Assembly (NCBI GenBank): GCA_036149055.1
Contig: JAYZQJ010000147.1
Span: 1-41,427 of the forward strand
Source of the DNA: Myxococcota bacterium
Lineage (GTDB): Bacteria; Myxococcota_A; Polyangia; Polyangiales; Sandaracinaceae
Reading direction: 5' to 3'
DNA length: 41,427 bases
Shown: positions 26,105 through 39,800 of the stretch, in pieces
Position numbering within the stretch: the stretch's first letter is position 1
Layout: each line of letters starts with the position of its first letter
Made by a program: the position numbers and the translations under genes
Notes under the pieces: generated by a model
Told to the model about the DNA's origin: nothing
The model's database searches: none
Seen by the model: the letters and a program-made list of their open reading frames with translations, nothing else

Positions 26105-27109
26105 TTACATCGAGCTTGCGGCGGCGTGCGCCGGCTGGGCGGGGCGGTCGACCTTGCCCTTCGGCTCGAAGCGCTCGCGGATGCGGGCGTTCTCCCGCTC
26201 GAGCGCGCGCTTCTTGCCCATCATCAGCTGGTTGCGCTCGAAGCGCCGGAGGTAGCGCCGGTACTCCGGGTTGTCGTAGCGCGGGTGGTTCTCGATCTTC
26301 GCCTTCAGGAAGCCCCACGTGATGCCGAGCCCGCCCCAGAGCCACGGCGGCTCCATCGAGCGGTACACCGCCGAGGCGAGCACGTAGTAGAAGGCGCTGC
26401 CCATGAAGTACTTGCCGCGGCCCCAGCGCACGCGGCCGACCTTGATGTTCTGCTGGCTCGAGCCCATCGGCCGCAGGTGCACGATGCGCATCTCCGGGTC
26501 GTCGGTGCTCTGGGCGATCCAGCCGTTCATGCGGCAGACGTGGCCGTCGATGCCGTCCCAGGAGACCTCGCGCACGAAGCCGCCGATGTCCTGGAAGCAC
26601 TCGGTCCGGTAGAACTTCGCCGGGCCGACCGCGTTCTCGTCGCCGGTCCGCTCCTCCCAGAGCTCCCCCGAGTCCTTGCGCTCGAAGAGCTTGCCCGAGA
26701 GGTTGCCGAGGTAGGGGTCGGCCTCCATGCGCTCCATCACCCGCTCGAAGTAGCGGGGCGGCATCTCGAGGTCGCAGTCGAACTTGCAGACGTAGTCGAA
26801 GTCGTCGAGGTCGATGTGACTGAGGCCCTCGTAGAACGCCTCGATCACGCCCGGGCCGACCGCGCGGCCGCCACGGTCCTTGCGGGTGACCACCTCGAGG
26901 AAGTCGTACTTCGCGGCGTACTCGGCGAGGATCTCGGGCGTGGCGTCGGTGGAGCCGTCGTCGACCACCACCCACAGCGCGGGCGGGACGCTCTGCGTGC
27001 AGGTCGTCTCGAGCGTGGTGCGCAGGTACTTCGCCTCGTCCCGGCACGGCGAGATCAGGCAGTACGCGCGGCCTTCGGGGCGGTCGACGGGTCGGAAGGT
27101 CTCTCCCAT
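26105..27109 (-). CDS. Glycosyltransferase family 2
   Basis: Motifs LISPCRDEA, VVVDDGSTDAT and the DxD in KFDCD. Confidence 0.9.
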   Translation of the reverse strand: MGETFRPVDRPEGRAYCLISPCRDEAKYLRTTLETTCTQSVPPALWVVVDDGSTDATPEILAEYAAKYDFLEVVTRKDRGGRAVGPGVIEAFYEGLSHIDLDDFDYVCKFDCDLEMPPRYFERVMERMEADPYLGNLSGKLFERKDSGELWEERTGDENAVGPAKFYRTECFQDIGGFVREVSWDGIDGHVCRMNGWIAQSTDDPEMRIVHLRPMGSSQQNIKVGRVRWGRGKYFMGSAFYYVLASAVYRSMEPPWLWGGLGITWGFLKAKIENHPRYDNPEYRRYLRRFERNQLMMGKKRALERENARIRERFEPKGKVDRPAQPAHAAASSM

Positions 27110-27145
27110 GGGCTGGCTCTCCTCTGCGCTCTCTCTCGGGGGGTC

Positions 27146-29062
27146 TCAGGCCTCGACGCGGTGCTCCTCGCACCACCTCATCAGTACGAATAGGGCCCAG
27201 ACGCGAGACCAGTAGAGGCCGGCGCCTCCCTTTTCGTACGCGCGCCACACGCGGCCGATGGCCTCGCCGTTGAGGCCGACCCGGTGGGCGAGCACGAGGT
27301 CGCGGAAGGTGCCCTCGAGCTTCGGCCCGAGGCCGCGCTTGCACCACACCGCGAGCGGCAGCTCGAAGCCCGCCTTCGGGCGGTCGAAGAGCGAGGGGTC
27401 GAGCTCCTTCGCCATCATCTCCCGGAGGAGCTGCTTGCGCCGCAGCGGCTCGAAGCGTCGCGCGATCGGAACCCGGGCGAGGCTCTCGACCACGAGGTGA
27501 TCGAGCAGCGGCACCCGGACCTCGAGCGAGACGTCCATCGACGCGGCGTCGGTGTCCCGGAGCAGGCGCTCGCCGAGGAACGACGACAGCTCGAGGAGGC
27601 TGACGGCGTGCAGATCCGGCTCGCCTTCGATCAGGTGCCGCAGCTCCGCCGCCCGCGCGAGGTCGAGGCCCCAGTCGAGGGTGCCGCTCGGCCGCAGCGC
27701 GAGCTGGCGGTTCATCTCACGGGTGAAGAGCGCGTAGCTCGTCTGGTAGAGGGCGAGCCGATCGCCTCCGGTCGCGAGCACGTCCGCGAGCTTGCCCCAG
27801 CGGGTCTGCGGCGAGATCTCGCTCGCCTGGCCGGTCTTGGCGGCCACGACCAGCTCGGCGAAGGCGGCCTTGGCGCGCTGCGGCACCGAGGCGAGCGCGG
27901 TGGCGATCCGGCGCGCCTTGGGGATGTCCGAGAAGCTCGCGTAGCCGCCGAAGAGCTCGTCGCCGCCGGTGCCGGCGAGGGCCACGGTGAGCCCCGCCTG
28001 CTTCACCGCCCGGCTGACGAACCAGGTGTTGATCGCGTCGAAGGTCGGCTGGTCGATCGAGCCGAGCGCCTCGTCGAGGTGGCTCGTGAAGTCGCCCTCG
28101 GTGAGCGTGATCTCGCGGTGGTCGGTGCCGAGCCGCGAGGCCACCTCGCGCGCGTAGCGGGACTCGTCGTAGCGCGCCTCCTCGAAGGAGATGTTGAACG
28201 TGGTCACCGGGGCGTCGGCCGCGCGCTGGGCCAGCGCCGCCACCGCGCTCGAGTCGACGCCGCCGCTCAGGAAGATGCCGAGCGGCACGTCCGCGATGAG
28301 CCGCAGCTTCACCGCCTCCTCGAGCCGGGCCGAGAGCTCCTCGACCGCCTCCGCCTCGCCGATGGGCTGGTGCTTCGGCATCGACCAGTAGGCGCGCGGC
28401 GGGGCCGGGCGGCCGGCGAGGGGGACGCGCAGGCAGGTGCCGGCGGGCAGCAGCTTCACGCCGCGGATCAGGGTGCCGGGGCCGGGCACGAAGCCGTGCC
28501 AGAGGAAGCGCTCGAGCGCGCCCGGGTCGAGGCGGCGGGCGATCTTCTCGGAGGCGAGCATCGCCCGGATCTCCGAGGCGAAGATCAGGTCGCCGTCGAC
28601 CTCGGCGTAGTAGAGCGGCTTGATGCCCAGCCGATCCCGGGCCAGCAGCAGCGTCTCGTCGCGCGGGTCCCAGAGCGCGATCGCGAACATGCCGCGCAGC
28701 CGCGCGATCGCCGGCTCACCCCAGCGGGCGTACGCCCTGAGGATCACCTCGGTGTCGCTGGTCGACTTCAGGGAGACGCCGAGCGCCTTCAGCTCCGAGG
28801 CGAGCTCGCGGAAGTTGTAGGCCTCGCCGTTGTAGGCGATGACCACCCCGGTCTCCGCGTCGACCATGGGCTGGCGCCCGGCCTCGCTGAGGTCGAGGAT
28901 CGAGAGCCGACGGTGGCCGAGGACCGCGCCCCGGCCGCCGTCCGCGCTGCGCCACTGCCCGTCCTGGTCGGGGCCGCGGTGGGACTGCGCGTCGGTCATG
29001 CGCGCCACCGCGTCGGGGAGCCCGTTGTCGATCAGACCGACCGCGCCGGCGATGCCGCACAT
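27146..29062 (-). CDS. asnB: Asparagine synthase-type glutamine amidotransferase (polysaccharide-associated AsnB family)
   Basis: Motifs MCGIAG (catalytic Cys), HRGPD, HRRLSILDL, YNGE, RDRLGIKPLY, FLSGGVDSS, GGDELFGGY and EVRVPLLD. Confidence 0.93.
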   Translation of the reverse strand: MCGIAGAVGLIDNGLPDAVARMTDAQSHRGPDQDGQWRSADGGRGAVLGHRRLSILDLSEAGRQPMVDAETGVVIAYNGEAYNFRELASELKALGVSLKSTSDTEVILRAYARWGEPAIARLRGMFAIALWDPRDETLLLARDRLGIKPLYYAEVDGDLIFASEIRAMLASEKIARRLDPGALERFLWHGFVPGPGTLIRGVKLLPAGTCLRVPLAGRPAPPRAYWSMPKHQPIGEAEAVEELSARLEEAVKLRLIADVPLGIFLSGGVDSSAVAALAQRAADAPVTTFNISFEEARYDESRYAREVASRLGTDHREITLTEGDFTSHLDEALGSIDQPTFDAINTWFVSRAVKQAGLTVALAGTGGDELFGGYASFSDIPKARRIATALASVPQRAKAAFAELVVAAKTGQASEISPQTRWGKLADVLATGGDRLALYQTSYALFTREMNRQLALRPSGTLDWGLDLARAAELRHLIEGEPDLHAVSLLELSSFLGERLLRDTDAASMDVSLEVRVPLLDHLVVESLARVPIARRFEPLRRKQLLREMMAKELDPSLFDRPKAGFELPLAVWCKRGLGPKLEGTFRDLVLAHRVGLNGEAIGRVWRAYEKGGAGLYWSRVWALFVLMRWCEEHRVEA

Positions 29063-29065
29063 GGG

Positions 29066-30016
29066 TCAGCGCTCCGCGAACCAGCGAGCCGTCTCCGCGA
29101 TCCCGTCCGCGATCGGCGTGGCGGGGCCCGCGTGCCGGGTGAGCTCGTCGTTGGGCTCGAGCACCGAGCGCTCGAGATCGCCCGCGCGCCGGGTGCCGTA
29201 CTTCTTGTCCGCCTTCACCCCGAGCGCCTGCTCGATCCGCTCGGCCAGCTGCAGGGTGCTGGTGCCCTCGCCGCTGCCGACGTTGATCACGCGCCCCTCG
29301 AGCCGGCCCTGGATGGCGAGCAGGTTCGCCTTCACGACGTCCTTCACGTAGACGTAGTCGCGCACGCAGCCGGGGTCGCCGACCTCGCGCATCGCGTTGA
29401 TCTGGATGCCCTGGCCGCTCACCAGGCGCTGGCAGAAGATGGCGACCACGCCCGCCTCGCCGTGCGGATCCTGCCGCGGCCCGTAGACGTTGGCGTAGCG
29501 CAGGATGGTCGACGTCGTGCCGTGCTCGTGGTGGTAGGCGGCGAGGTAGCGCTCGAACGCGAGCTTGGAGCACGCGTAGGGGCTGATCGGCTGCGGCGTC
29601 CAGCCCTCGCCGGCGCGCTGCCCCTCCGGGATGTCCCCGTAGATCGCGCCGCCGGTGGAGGCGAAGACGATGCGGCCGACCCCGTGGGCCCGCGCCGCCT
29701 CGAGCACGTTGAGCCCGCCGATGACGTTGATCTCGGCGTCCCGGATCGGCTCGCGGGTCGAGACGCTGACGCTGGTCTGCGCGCCCTGGTGGCAGACGAC
29801 GTCGAAGCCGTGCTCGGCGAACGCGCGATCGACGAGCTTCGCGTCGCGCAGGTCGCCTTCGAGGAAGAGCGCCTTCTCGGGCACGTTCTCGGCGCGTCCG
29901 CTGCTGAGATCGTCGAGGACCACCACCTGGTGGCCCTCCTCGAGCAGCGCGTCCGCGACGTGGCTGCCGATGAACCCGGCGCCTCCGGTGACGAGGATCT
30001 TCAAGGTGTCCCTCAC
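29066..30016 (-). CDS. NAD-dependent NDP-sugar epimerase/dehydratase (GalE-like extended SDR)
   Basis: Motifs [45 protein letters not shown] and RDYVYV. Confidence 0.9.
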   Translation of the reverse strand: MRDTLKILVTGGAGFIGSHVADALLEEGHQVVVLDDLSSGRAENVPEKALFLEGDLRDAKLVDRAFAEHGFDVVCHQGAQTSVSVSTREPIRDAEINVIGGLNVLEAARAHGVGRIVFASTGGAIYGDIPEGQRAGEGWTPQPISPYACSKLAFERYLAAYHHEHGTTSTILRYANVYGPRQDPHGEAGVVAIFCQRLVSGQGIQINAMREVGDPGCVRDYVYVKDVVKANLLAIQGRLEGRVINVGSGEGTSTLQLAERIEQALGVKADKKYGTRRAGDLERSVLEPNDELTRHAGPATPIADGIAETARWFAER

Positions 30017-30492
30017 GAGTCGATGAAAGCGGAGATCCGCTCGACGAGCGGGCCGGACGCGAACGGGCCGAGCTGCGGGCTGGTGCGCGAACGGGAGAGC
30101 GTCGCGAGCTTGGCGGGAAGCTCGGCTGCGTTCCAGGCCACGTGCACGCCCGGGAAGCGCGCGAAGGCCTTGGCGGTGGCGATCTGGTGATCGTTGCGGG
30201 TCTCGCGCCGCGCCGCCTCGCGGGGCAGCACCAGGATGGGCTTGCCGCGCTCGAGGGCCGCGAAGAGGGTGCCGATGCCCGCGTGGCCGACGACCACGTC
30301 GGCCTCGTCGTAGGCGCGATCGAAGTCCGGCGGCTCGAGGAAGCGCGTGTGGGTGAGGTGCGCGGGCTTCAGCTCGGAGTCGCCGATCTGAGCGAGCACC
30401 TCGACCCCCTCGGCGTCCGCCGCCCAGGCGTCCACCGCCTCGATGAGCCGGTCGAAGGGCATCTGCGCGCCCACCGTCACGAAGATCTTCAA
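30013..30492 (-). CDS. pssE: PssE/Cps14G (Alg13-like) glycosyltransferase subunit
   Basis: Motifs IFVTVGAQMPFDRL, QIG, VVGHAGIGT and PR...ETRNDHQ. The TTG start overlaps the pssD stop. Confidence 0.85.
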   Translation of the reverse strand: MKIFVTVGAQMPFDRLIEAVDAWAADAEGVEVLAQIGDSELKPAHLTHTRFLEPPDFDRAYDEADVVVGHAGIGTLFAALERGKPILVLPREAARRETRNDHQIATAKAFARFPGVHVAWNAAELPAKLATLSRSRTSPQLGPFASGPLVERISAFIDS

Positions 30493-30995
30493 CGCTCCGC
30501 CTCCGCGAGCTGGGGCGCCGGGGGCGCGGGCTCGAGCGCGTCGAGCACGCTGCCGGCGTACTCGGGGCCGCCCGGCCGGGCGAGCTCCGGCCACTGGGTG
30601 AGCCAGAGATCGGCGTGCGCGCCCACCTTCTGTCCGCTCATCGACATCTCCTCGACGTTCGCCAGGCTGTCGACCCAGACGGTCCGGATGCCGAGCCGCT
30701 TGGCGAGCACGATCCCGAAGAAGCCGGGGAGGGCGCCGGTGCTGATCACCACGTCGGGGCGCTCGGTCAGCAGGATGCGCGCGACCTGCATCGCGCAGCG
30801 CACCAGGCCGAGGCGGTCCCAGCGGGTCACGTCGTCGATCACCCGGAGGGGGCCCTCGACGTGGGCGCGGTAGGCCTCGCTCACCGTGACCCACACCACG
30901 AAGTGTCCCTCGAAGGCGGGCCGGAGGCGGAGCAGCTCGATCCAGTGCCCGCCCCCCGAGCTGATGGCGACGATCTTCTTGCGACGCTGCGGCAT
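30489..30995 (-). CDS. pssD: PssD/Cps14F (Alg14-like) glycosyltransferase subunit
   Basis: Motifs SSGGGHWIEL, RPDVVISTGA, WVDSLA and LTQWPEL. Confidence 0.88.
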   Translation of the reverse strand: MPQRRKKIVAISSGGGHWIELLRLRPAFEGHFVVWVTVSEAYRAHVEGPLRVIDDVTRWDRLGLVRCAMQVARILLTERPDVVISTGALPGFFGIVLAKRLGIRTVWVDSLANVEEMSMSGQKVGAHADLWLTQWPELARPGGPEYAGSVLDALEPAPPAPQLAEAER

Positions 30996-31002
30996 GGGGG
31001 TC

Positions 31003-33030
31003 TCAGCGCGCCGGGGTGGGCTCCCAGAACCGCTCCACCGAGCCCTCGCGGTCCGGGAGCTTCGCGGTGCTCTCGCTCGCGCCGACCAGCACGTAGCCGA
31101 TCGCGCCGTCGCGCCCGAGGCGGGTCTGGGTCTGGGCGAGGTCGGTCGCCTTCATGCCCCCGCTCGTGACCACCACCAGCACGCGCTCGGCGAGGCGGGC
31201 GGCGCGGCGGAGCGCCTGCCCCTCGGGCGGCCCGTTCCAGGCGGTGCAGATCAGGCGGTCGGCCGGGTCGTCGCTGATCGGCCGGGGCGGCGGCGCGTAG
31301 GCGGGCGCGCCCATGGCCAGGGTGTCGTGGGGGCTGCCCGCGAGCACGATCTCGGTCGGGCCGTCGTGGATCTCGCCGCTCAGCACGTCGTCGTCGTCGT
31401 AGTCGGACGGCGGCGTGGTGATCGGGGCGGGGTCGTCTCCGGGCGGCAGCGCGCCGACGACCGGCACGTCGATCAGGGTGGTCGAGCTCCAGTCGTGGTT
31501 GAGCTGACCGGCGATCTCGCTCGCGAGCTCCTGCTCGGAGTCGGTCGCGCCCACCACCAGCATCGTGCCGCGCGCGTCGGGCGCGAAGTCGTCCATGTCG
31601 GCGATGAGGTCGATGAGCGCGCGGGGATCGCGCGGCCAGGTCGTCATGCCGATGACCGGCCCGTTGCCCCACCACGCCACCTCGGACGGGGTGATGACCT
31701 TGAGCCCACGCAGCTCGCGGTAGAGCAGCATGCCGAGCATCACCACCACGAAGAGCAGCGGGATGCCGCCGGCCACCGCGTACTTCTTCTTCGAGGGGAC
31801 CGCGCTCTCGGGCGGCCGCGCCTCGGCGACGGTGCGGAAGCCGGTCTCGATGTCGCGCAGCTGGTCCTCGATGCCGGCCCGCTGCTCGTTCAGCTCGTTG
31901 ACGAGCGCCTGCTTCACGTTGACCTGGGCGAGCAGATTGGCGGCCTGGCCCTCCATCGCGCTGAAGCGGTTGGTGCGCTCCTGCGCGGTCGCCGCGAGCT
32001 GCTCGAGGCTGTTGTGACGCTCGCGCGCCGCCTCGAGCTCGGTCTGCGCCTCGGCGAGGCTGGTCTCGATCTGCTCGTAGAGGCTGCTCCGGGCCTGACG
32101 CGAGCCGCCGCCCCCGCCGCCCGAGCGACGCAGCGCCGCGATCTGACGCTGGAGCGCCTGCACCGTCGGGTGCTCCTCGCTCATGCCCTGGCCGCGCGCC
32201 TCCGCCAGCCGGGACTCGAGCTCCCGCATCCGGCTCGAGCCGCCGCCGCCCGTGCTCACGGTCTCCATGCGCGGGGTGCGCTCGCGGGCGTCGGTCAGCT
32301 GCCGCACCCGGGCCTCGAGGGCCATGATCTCGGCCTGCGCGAGGTCGGCCTGGGAGCGGAGGTCGGCGGCCTGGTCGATGGCCTGCTCCTGCTCCGCCGT
32401 CAGGTCGGTGATGCCGTTGGCCTCACGGAAGGAGTCGTAGGCGCGCCGCGCGGTCGCGGCCTCGTTCTCGGCGGCGCCGATGCGCTCGTCGAGGCTCGCC
32501 ATCTCCGCCCGCAGCTCCTGCCCGCGCCGGTCGCGGTGGTGCTCGAGGAACACCGCGGCGAGCGAGTTCGCCATCTCCGCCGACTCCTCGGCGGTGCCGC
32601 CGGTGGTCGTGAAGGTGACCAGCCCGCTCTGGGCGTCGCTCGTGACCTGCACCTTGCGGCGCATCAGGTCGAGGCTCGCCTCACCCATCTCCATCCGCTC
32701 GCGCAGCGCGATCAGGATGGGATCGGTGTGGGTCACCGCGACGAGCGCGGGCAAGGCGCGCTGCGGCTCCTGGAAGTCGTCGCCGGGCAAGCCCTCGTAC
32801 CGGAGCGAGGTGCTCGCTTCGTACGTGTGCTGCATGACGAACTTGCCGATGACGACGCCGATCACACCGCCCACGGCGGCGGCGATCAGAAGCCACCACT
32901 TGCCTCGCAGGACGGCGCGCAGCACGCGCCGCCAGTCGACCGGGTATCCCGGGCGAGACGGCTTGTTCTCCTCGTCGTCGAGATCCATCTCTCGGCCGCT
33001 CATCGCGGTGCTCCTAGAAATCGCTGCCAT
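31003..33030 (-). CDS. Polysaccharide co-polymerase (Wzc/GumC-like) with a degenerate C-terminal BY-kinase-like domain
   Basis: DWRRVLRAV..KWWLLI TM1, a long coiled coil, the Pro-rich EARPPESAVP, TM2, then a cytoplasmic domain lacking the Walker A GK[S/T]. The start may be 33030, 33003 or 32988. Confidence 0.82.
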   Translation of the reverse strand: MAAISRSTAMSGREMDLDDEENKPSRPGYPVDWRRVLRAVLRGKWWLLIAAAVGGVIGVVIGKFVMQHTYEASTSLRYEGLPGDDFQEPQRALPALVAVTHTDPILIALRERMEMGEASLDLMRRKVQVTSDAQSGLVTFTTTGGTAEESAEMANSLAAVFLEHHRDRRGQELRAEMASLDERIGAAENEAATARRAYDSFREANGITDLTAEQEQAIDQAADLRSQADLAQAEIMALEARVRQLTDARERTPRMETVSTGGGGSSRMRELESRLAEARGQGMSEEHPTVQALQRQIAALRRSGGGGGGSRQARSSLYEQIETSLAEAQTELEAARERHNSLEQLAATAQERTNRFSAMEGQAANLLAQVNVKQALVNELNEQRAGIEDQLRDIETGFRTVAEARPPESAVPSKKKYAVAGGIPLLFVVVMLGMLLYRELRGLKVITPSEVAWWGNGPVIGMTTWPRDPRALIDLIADMDDFAPDARGTMLVVGATDSEQELASEIAGQLNHDWSSTTLIDVPVVGALPPGDDPAPITTPPSDYDDDDVLSGEIHDGPTEIVLAGSPHDTLAMGAPAYAPPPRPISDDPADRLICTAWNGPPEGQALRRAARLAERVLVVVTSGGMKATDLAQTQTRLGRDGAIGYVLVGASESTAKLPDREGSVERFWEPTPAR

Positions 33031-33091
33031 GGTACTCGAACACTCCAGCTAGCACCGGAGGAAGTGCCCACAACCACGACGAAAGCTCGCG

Positions 33092-33756
33092 TCACGCGAG
33101 ATCCTCTCCGCCCGGAATCCAGGCCGCCGCGATCACGTGATCGGCGGCCCGCACGAAGCGCCCGGAGATGGTGAAGCCGGCCTGGAAAGGCGCGGCGCGC
33201 CGCTGGAACACGGCCTCGAAGCGATCCCCTTCGCCGTGCCGGATCACGACGTCCTCGAACTCCAGGAACGTCCCGCTCAGCGGGTACTGACACTTGTAGG
33301 CGGCCTCCTTCGCGCAGAAGGTGCGCCGGGCCCGCTCGCCGGGGCGCGGATCGTCCCGCAGGCTCGCGTGCTCCTCGCGGGTCGTGATCAGGCCCCAGAG
33401 CTCCTCCTCGAGCGCGGCGTCCGGCTCCGCGTCCAGGCCCAGCCCGTCGAGCTCCCGCGCGTCCGCGACCGCGGCCACGCACAGGGTGTCGGTGTGGGTG
33501 ATGGTGCCCACCACGCCCTCCGGCCAGAGCGGCTCCCCGCGATCGCCGCGCCCGATCGACGCGGCCGGGGCCCCGAGCTGGCGCAGGGCGTCCCGCGCCG
33601 CGTCGCGCCCGGCGGCGAGCTCGAGGCGCCGCTTGTCGACCGCGCGCGCGGCCAGGGCCTCCTCCTCGGGCCGGAGCGCCGAGAGGGGGACCTGACCCGG
33701 CACGCGCACCGCGAAGCGCACCCGGGAGCCCAGAAGGGCGCGTAGCGCCTCCTCGA

Positions 33757-33760
<4 letters not shown>
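33092..33760 (-). CDS. 4'-phosphopantetheinyl transferase (EntD/Sfp-type)
   Basis: Motifs KRRLELAAGR..ARDAL, GEPLWPEGVVGTITH, GLGLDAE and FCAKEAAYK. GTG start overlaps the NRPS stop. Confidence 0.93.
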
Positions 33761-38370
<4,610 letters not shown>

Positions 38371-38474
38371 GTCGCTGTCTTCTCTCTTTCGGCGAAGGCG
38401 AAGCCGGAGGAGCCCGCGGCCCCCCCGGCGCGGCGGAGCTTACGCGCTCCGCGTCTCATATGCTCCCGGAGACC

Positions 38475-39512
38475 TCACGGGCCCCCGGACGTGACGATCG
38501 CGGTGACGCCGATCGCCGCGCCCGTGGTGCCGACGCTGAGGATGGGGGAGATCGCGGTCATGAAGTCGCGGAAGTCCGCCATGCCGCTCGAGCCCACGTA
38601 GACGATGTCGCCGGGGGCGAGCACCGGGTCGGCGTAGTGGCCGCTCACCACGTGGTCGATGCCGGCGCGGTAGATCATCGCCTCGTCCGGCCCGCCGCGC
38701 ACGATGCGGATGTCACCGCCGTTCGCGTCACGCGTGATCCCGCCCGCCATCGCGAGGGCCTGCGAGAGCCGGATGCCCGGCTGGAACGGGAGCACCCGGG
38801 CGCCGTTCACCTCGCCGAGCACGCTGATCAGCCCGCGGAGCTGCGGCGGCACGTAGAGGTAGTCGCCGGGCCGCACGTAGACGTTGTGGCGGGGGTCGCC
38901 GGTGATCGCGATCGCGACGTCGATCGGCATCGCCTCGCCGCCCCTCACCAGCCGCGCGCTCTGGAGATCGGCGAGCAGGGTGGTCGTGCCGCCGTCGGAC
39001 GTGCTCGCGGGGCCGCCCGCCGCAGCGAGGAGATCTGCCACGCGCATGCCTGGCGCGATCACCACCCGTCCCTGTTCACCGACCGCCCCGATGACCGAGG
39101 CGACGTGCCCCGCCGGGTCGCTCATGACGATCGTCACCCGGACCGTGCTGATGAAGCGGCGCATGCCCTGCTCGATGCGCTCCTCGGCCTCCACCAGGGG
39201 GAGGCCCGCCACCTGGACGTCGCCCGCGAGGGGCACGTGCAGCATGCCGCGCTCGTCGACGCTCAGGCCCTCGATCGTCTCCACGTCCGCGGCCTGCATG
39301 CGCAGGGACACCACGTCGCCGGGGTGGAGCGCCATCGGTCTGGGCTCGTCGGCGTCCACGCCGGGCGCCGGTGTCGACTCCATCGGGCGGAAGCCCGCGT
39401 TCGCGTCCGGGGTCGTCGGCGGGGTCGGGAGGCTCCCGATGCAGCCGGTCGAGAATGAAAGGATGACCGTGGCGAAAAGCACCGCGGCGTTGTGAGGCAG
39501 ATGTGCGTTCAC
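38475..39512 (-). CDS. wza: Polysaccharide export (OPX/Wza-family) lipoprotein with SLBB domains
   Basis: Lipobox STGC, PES motif LHPGDVV...VDERGMLHVPLAGDVQVAGL, two SLBB repeats (VIGAV..AAAGG and VLGEV..LAMAGG) and a C-terminal amphipathic/hydrophobic helix. Confidence 0.88.
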   Translation of the reverse strand: MNAHLPHNAAVLFATVILSFSTGCIGSLPTPPTTPDANAGFRPMESTPAPGVDADEPRPMALHPGDVVSLRMQAADVETIEGLSVDERGMLHVPLAGDVQVAGLPLVEAEERIEQGMRRFISTVRVTIVMSDPAGHVASVIGAVGEQGRVVIAPGMRVADLLAAAGGPASTSDGGTTTLLADLQSARLVRGGEAMPIDVAIAITGDPRHNVYVRPGDYLYVPPQLRGLISVLGEVNGARVLPFQPGIRLSQALAMAGGITRDANGGDIRIVRGGPDEAMIYRAGIDHVVSGHYADPVLAPGDIVYVGSSGMADFRDFMTAISPILSVGTTGAAIGVTAIVTSGGP

Positions 39513-39800
39513 GATTCGTCGTTACTCCGTGCCACCGCCCCAAGCAAGGGGCGGACCCGGACGCCACGTAACCGCCGCAGTCGCGTCGGGAAGGCACATC
39601 GTCGCGGAACGTAGAAGGGAGCGGCCTCGGACGAGGTGCGGACGCGGGGGACGCGTGGCGGCCGGTCGGCCCCACCCGTGGCTCCTTGTCCCACCCTACA
39701 GACGTACGAAGCGAGCACAGCGATGGGCACGGCGGTTGAAATGGGTCCGGTCGACTCACAGCGGGGACGGACCTCGTCCTCCTTCACCGGAATCATTCCC

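Noticed and set aside
22770..27347. Apparent giant ORFs with long N-terminal extensions (22770-27347, 21406-24360, 4076-6844, 1991-3601, 7574-9994, 18372-19769, 30013-30894)
   Set aside because: The extensions are Arg/Pro/Gly-rich off-frame read-ins over neighbouring genes. True starts are marked by signal peptides, SD sequences or stop/start overlaps. No evidence of gene fusion or programmed frameshift.
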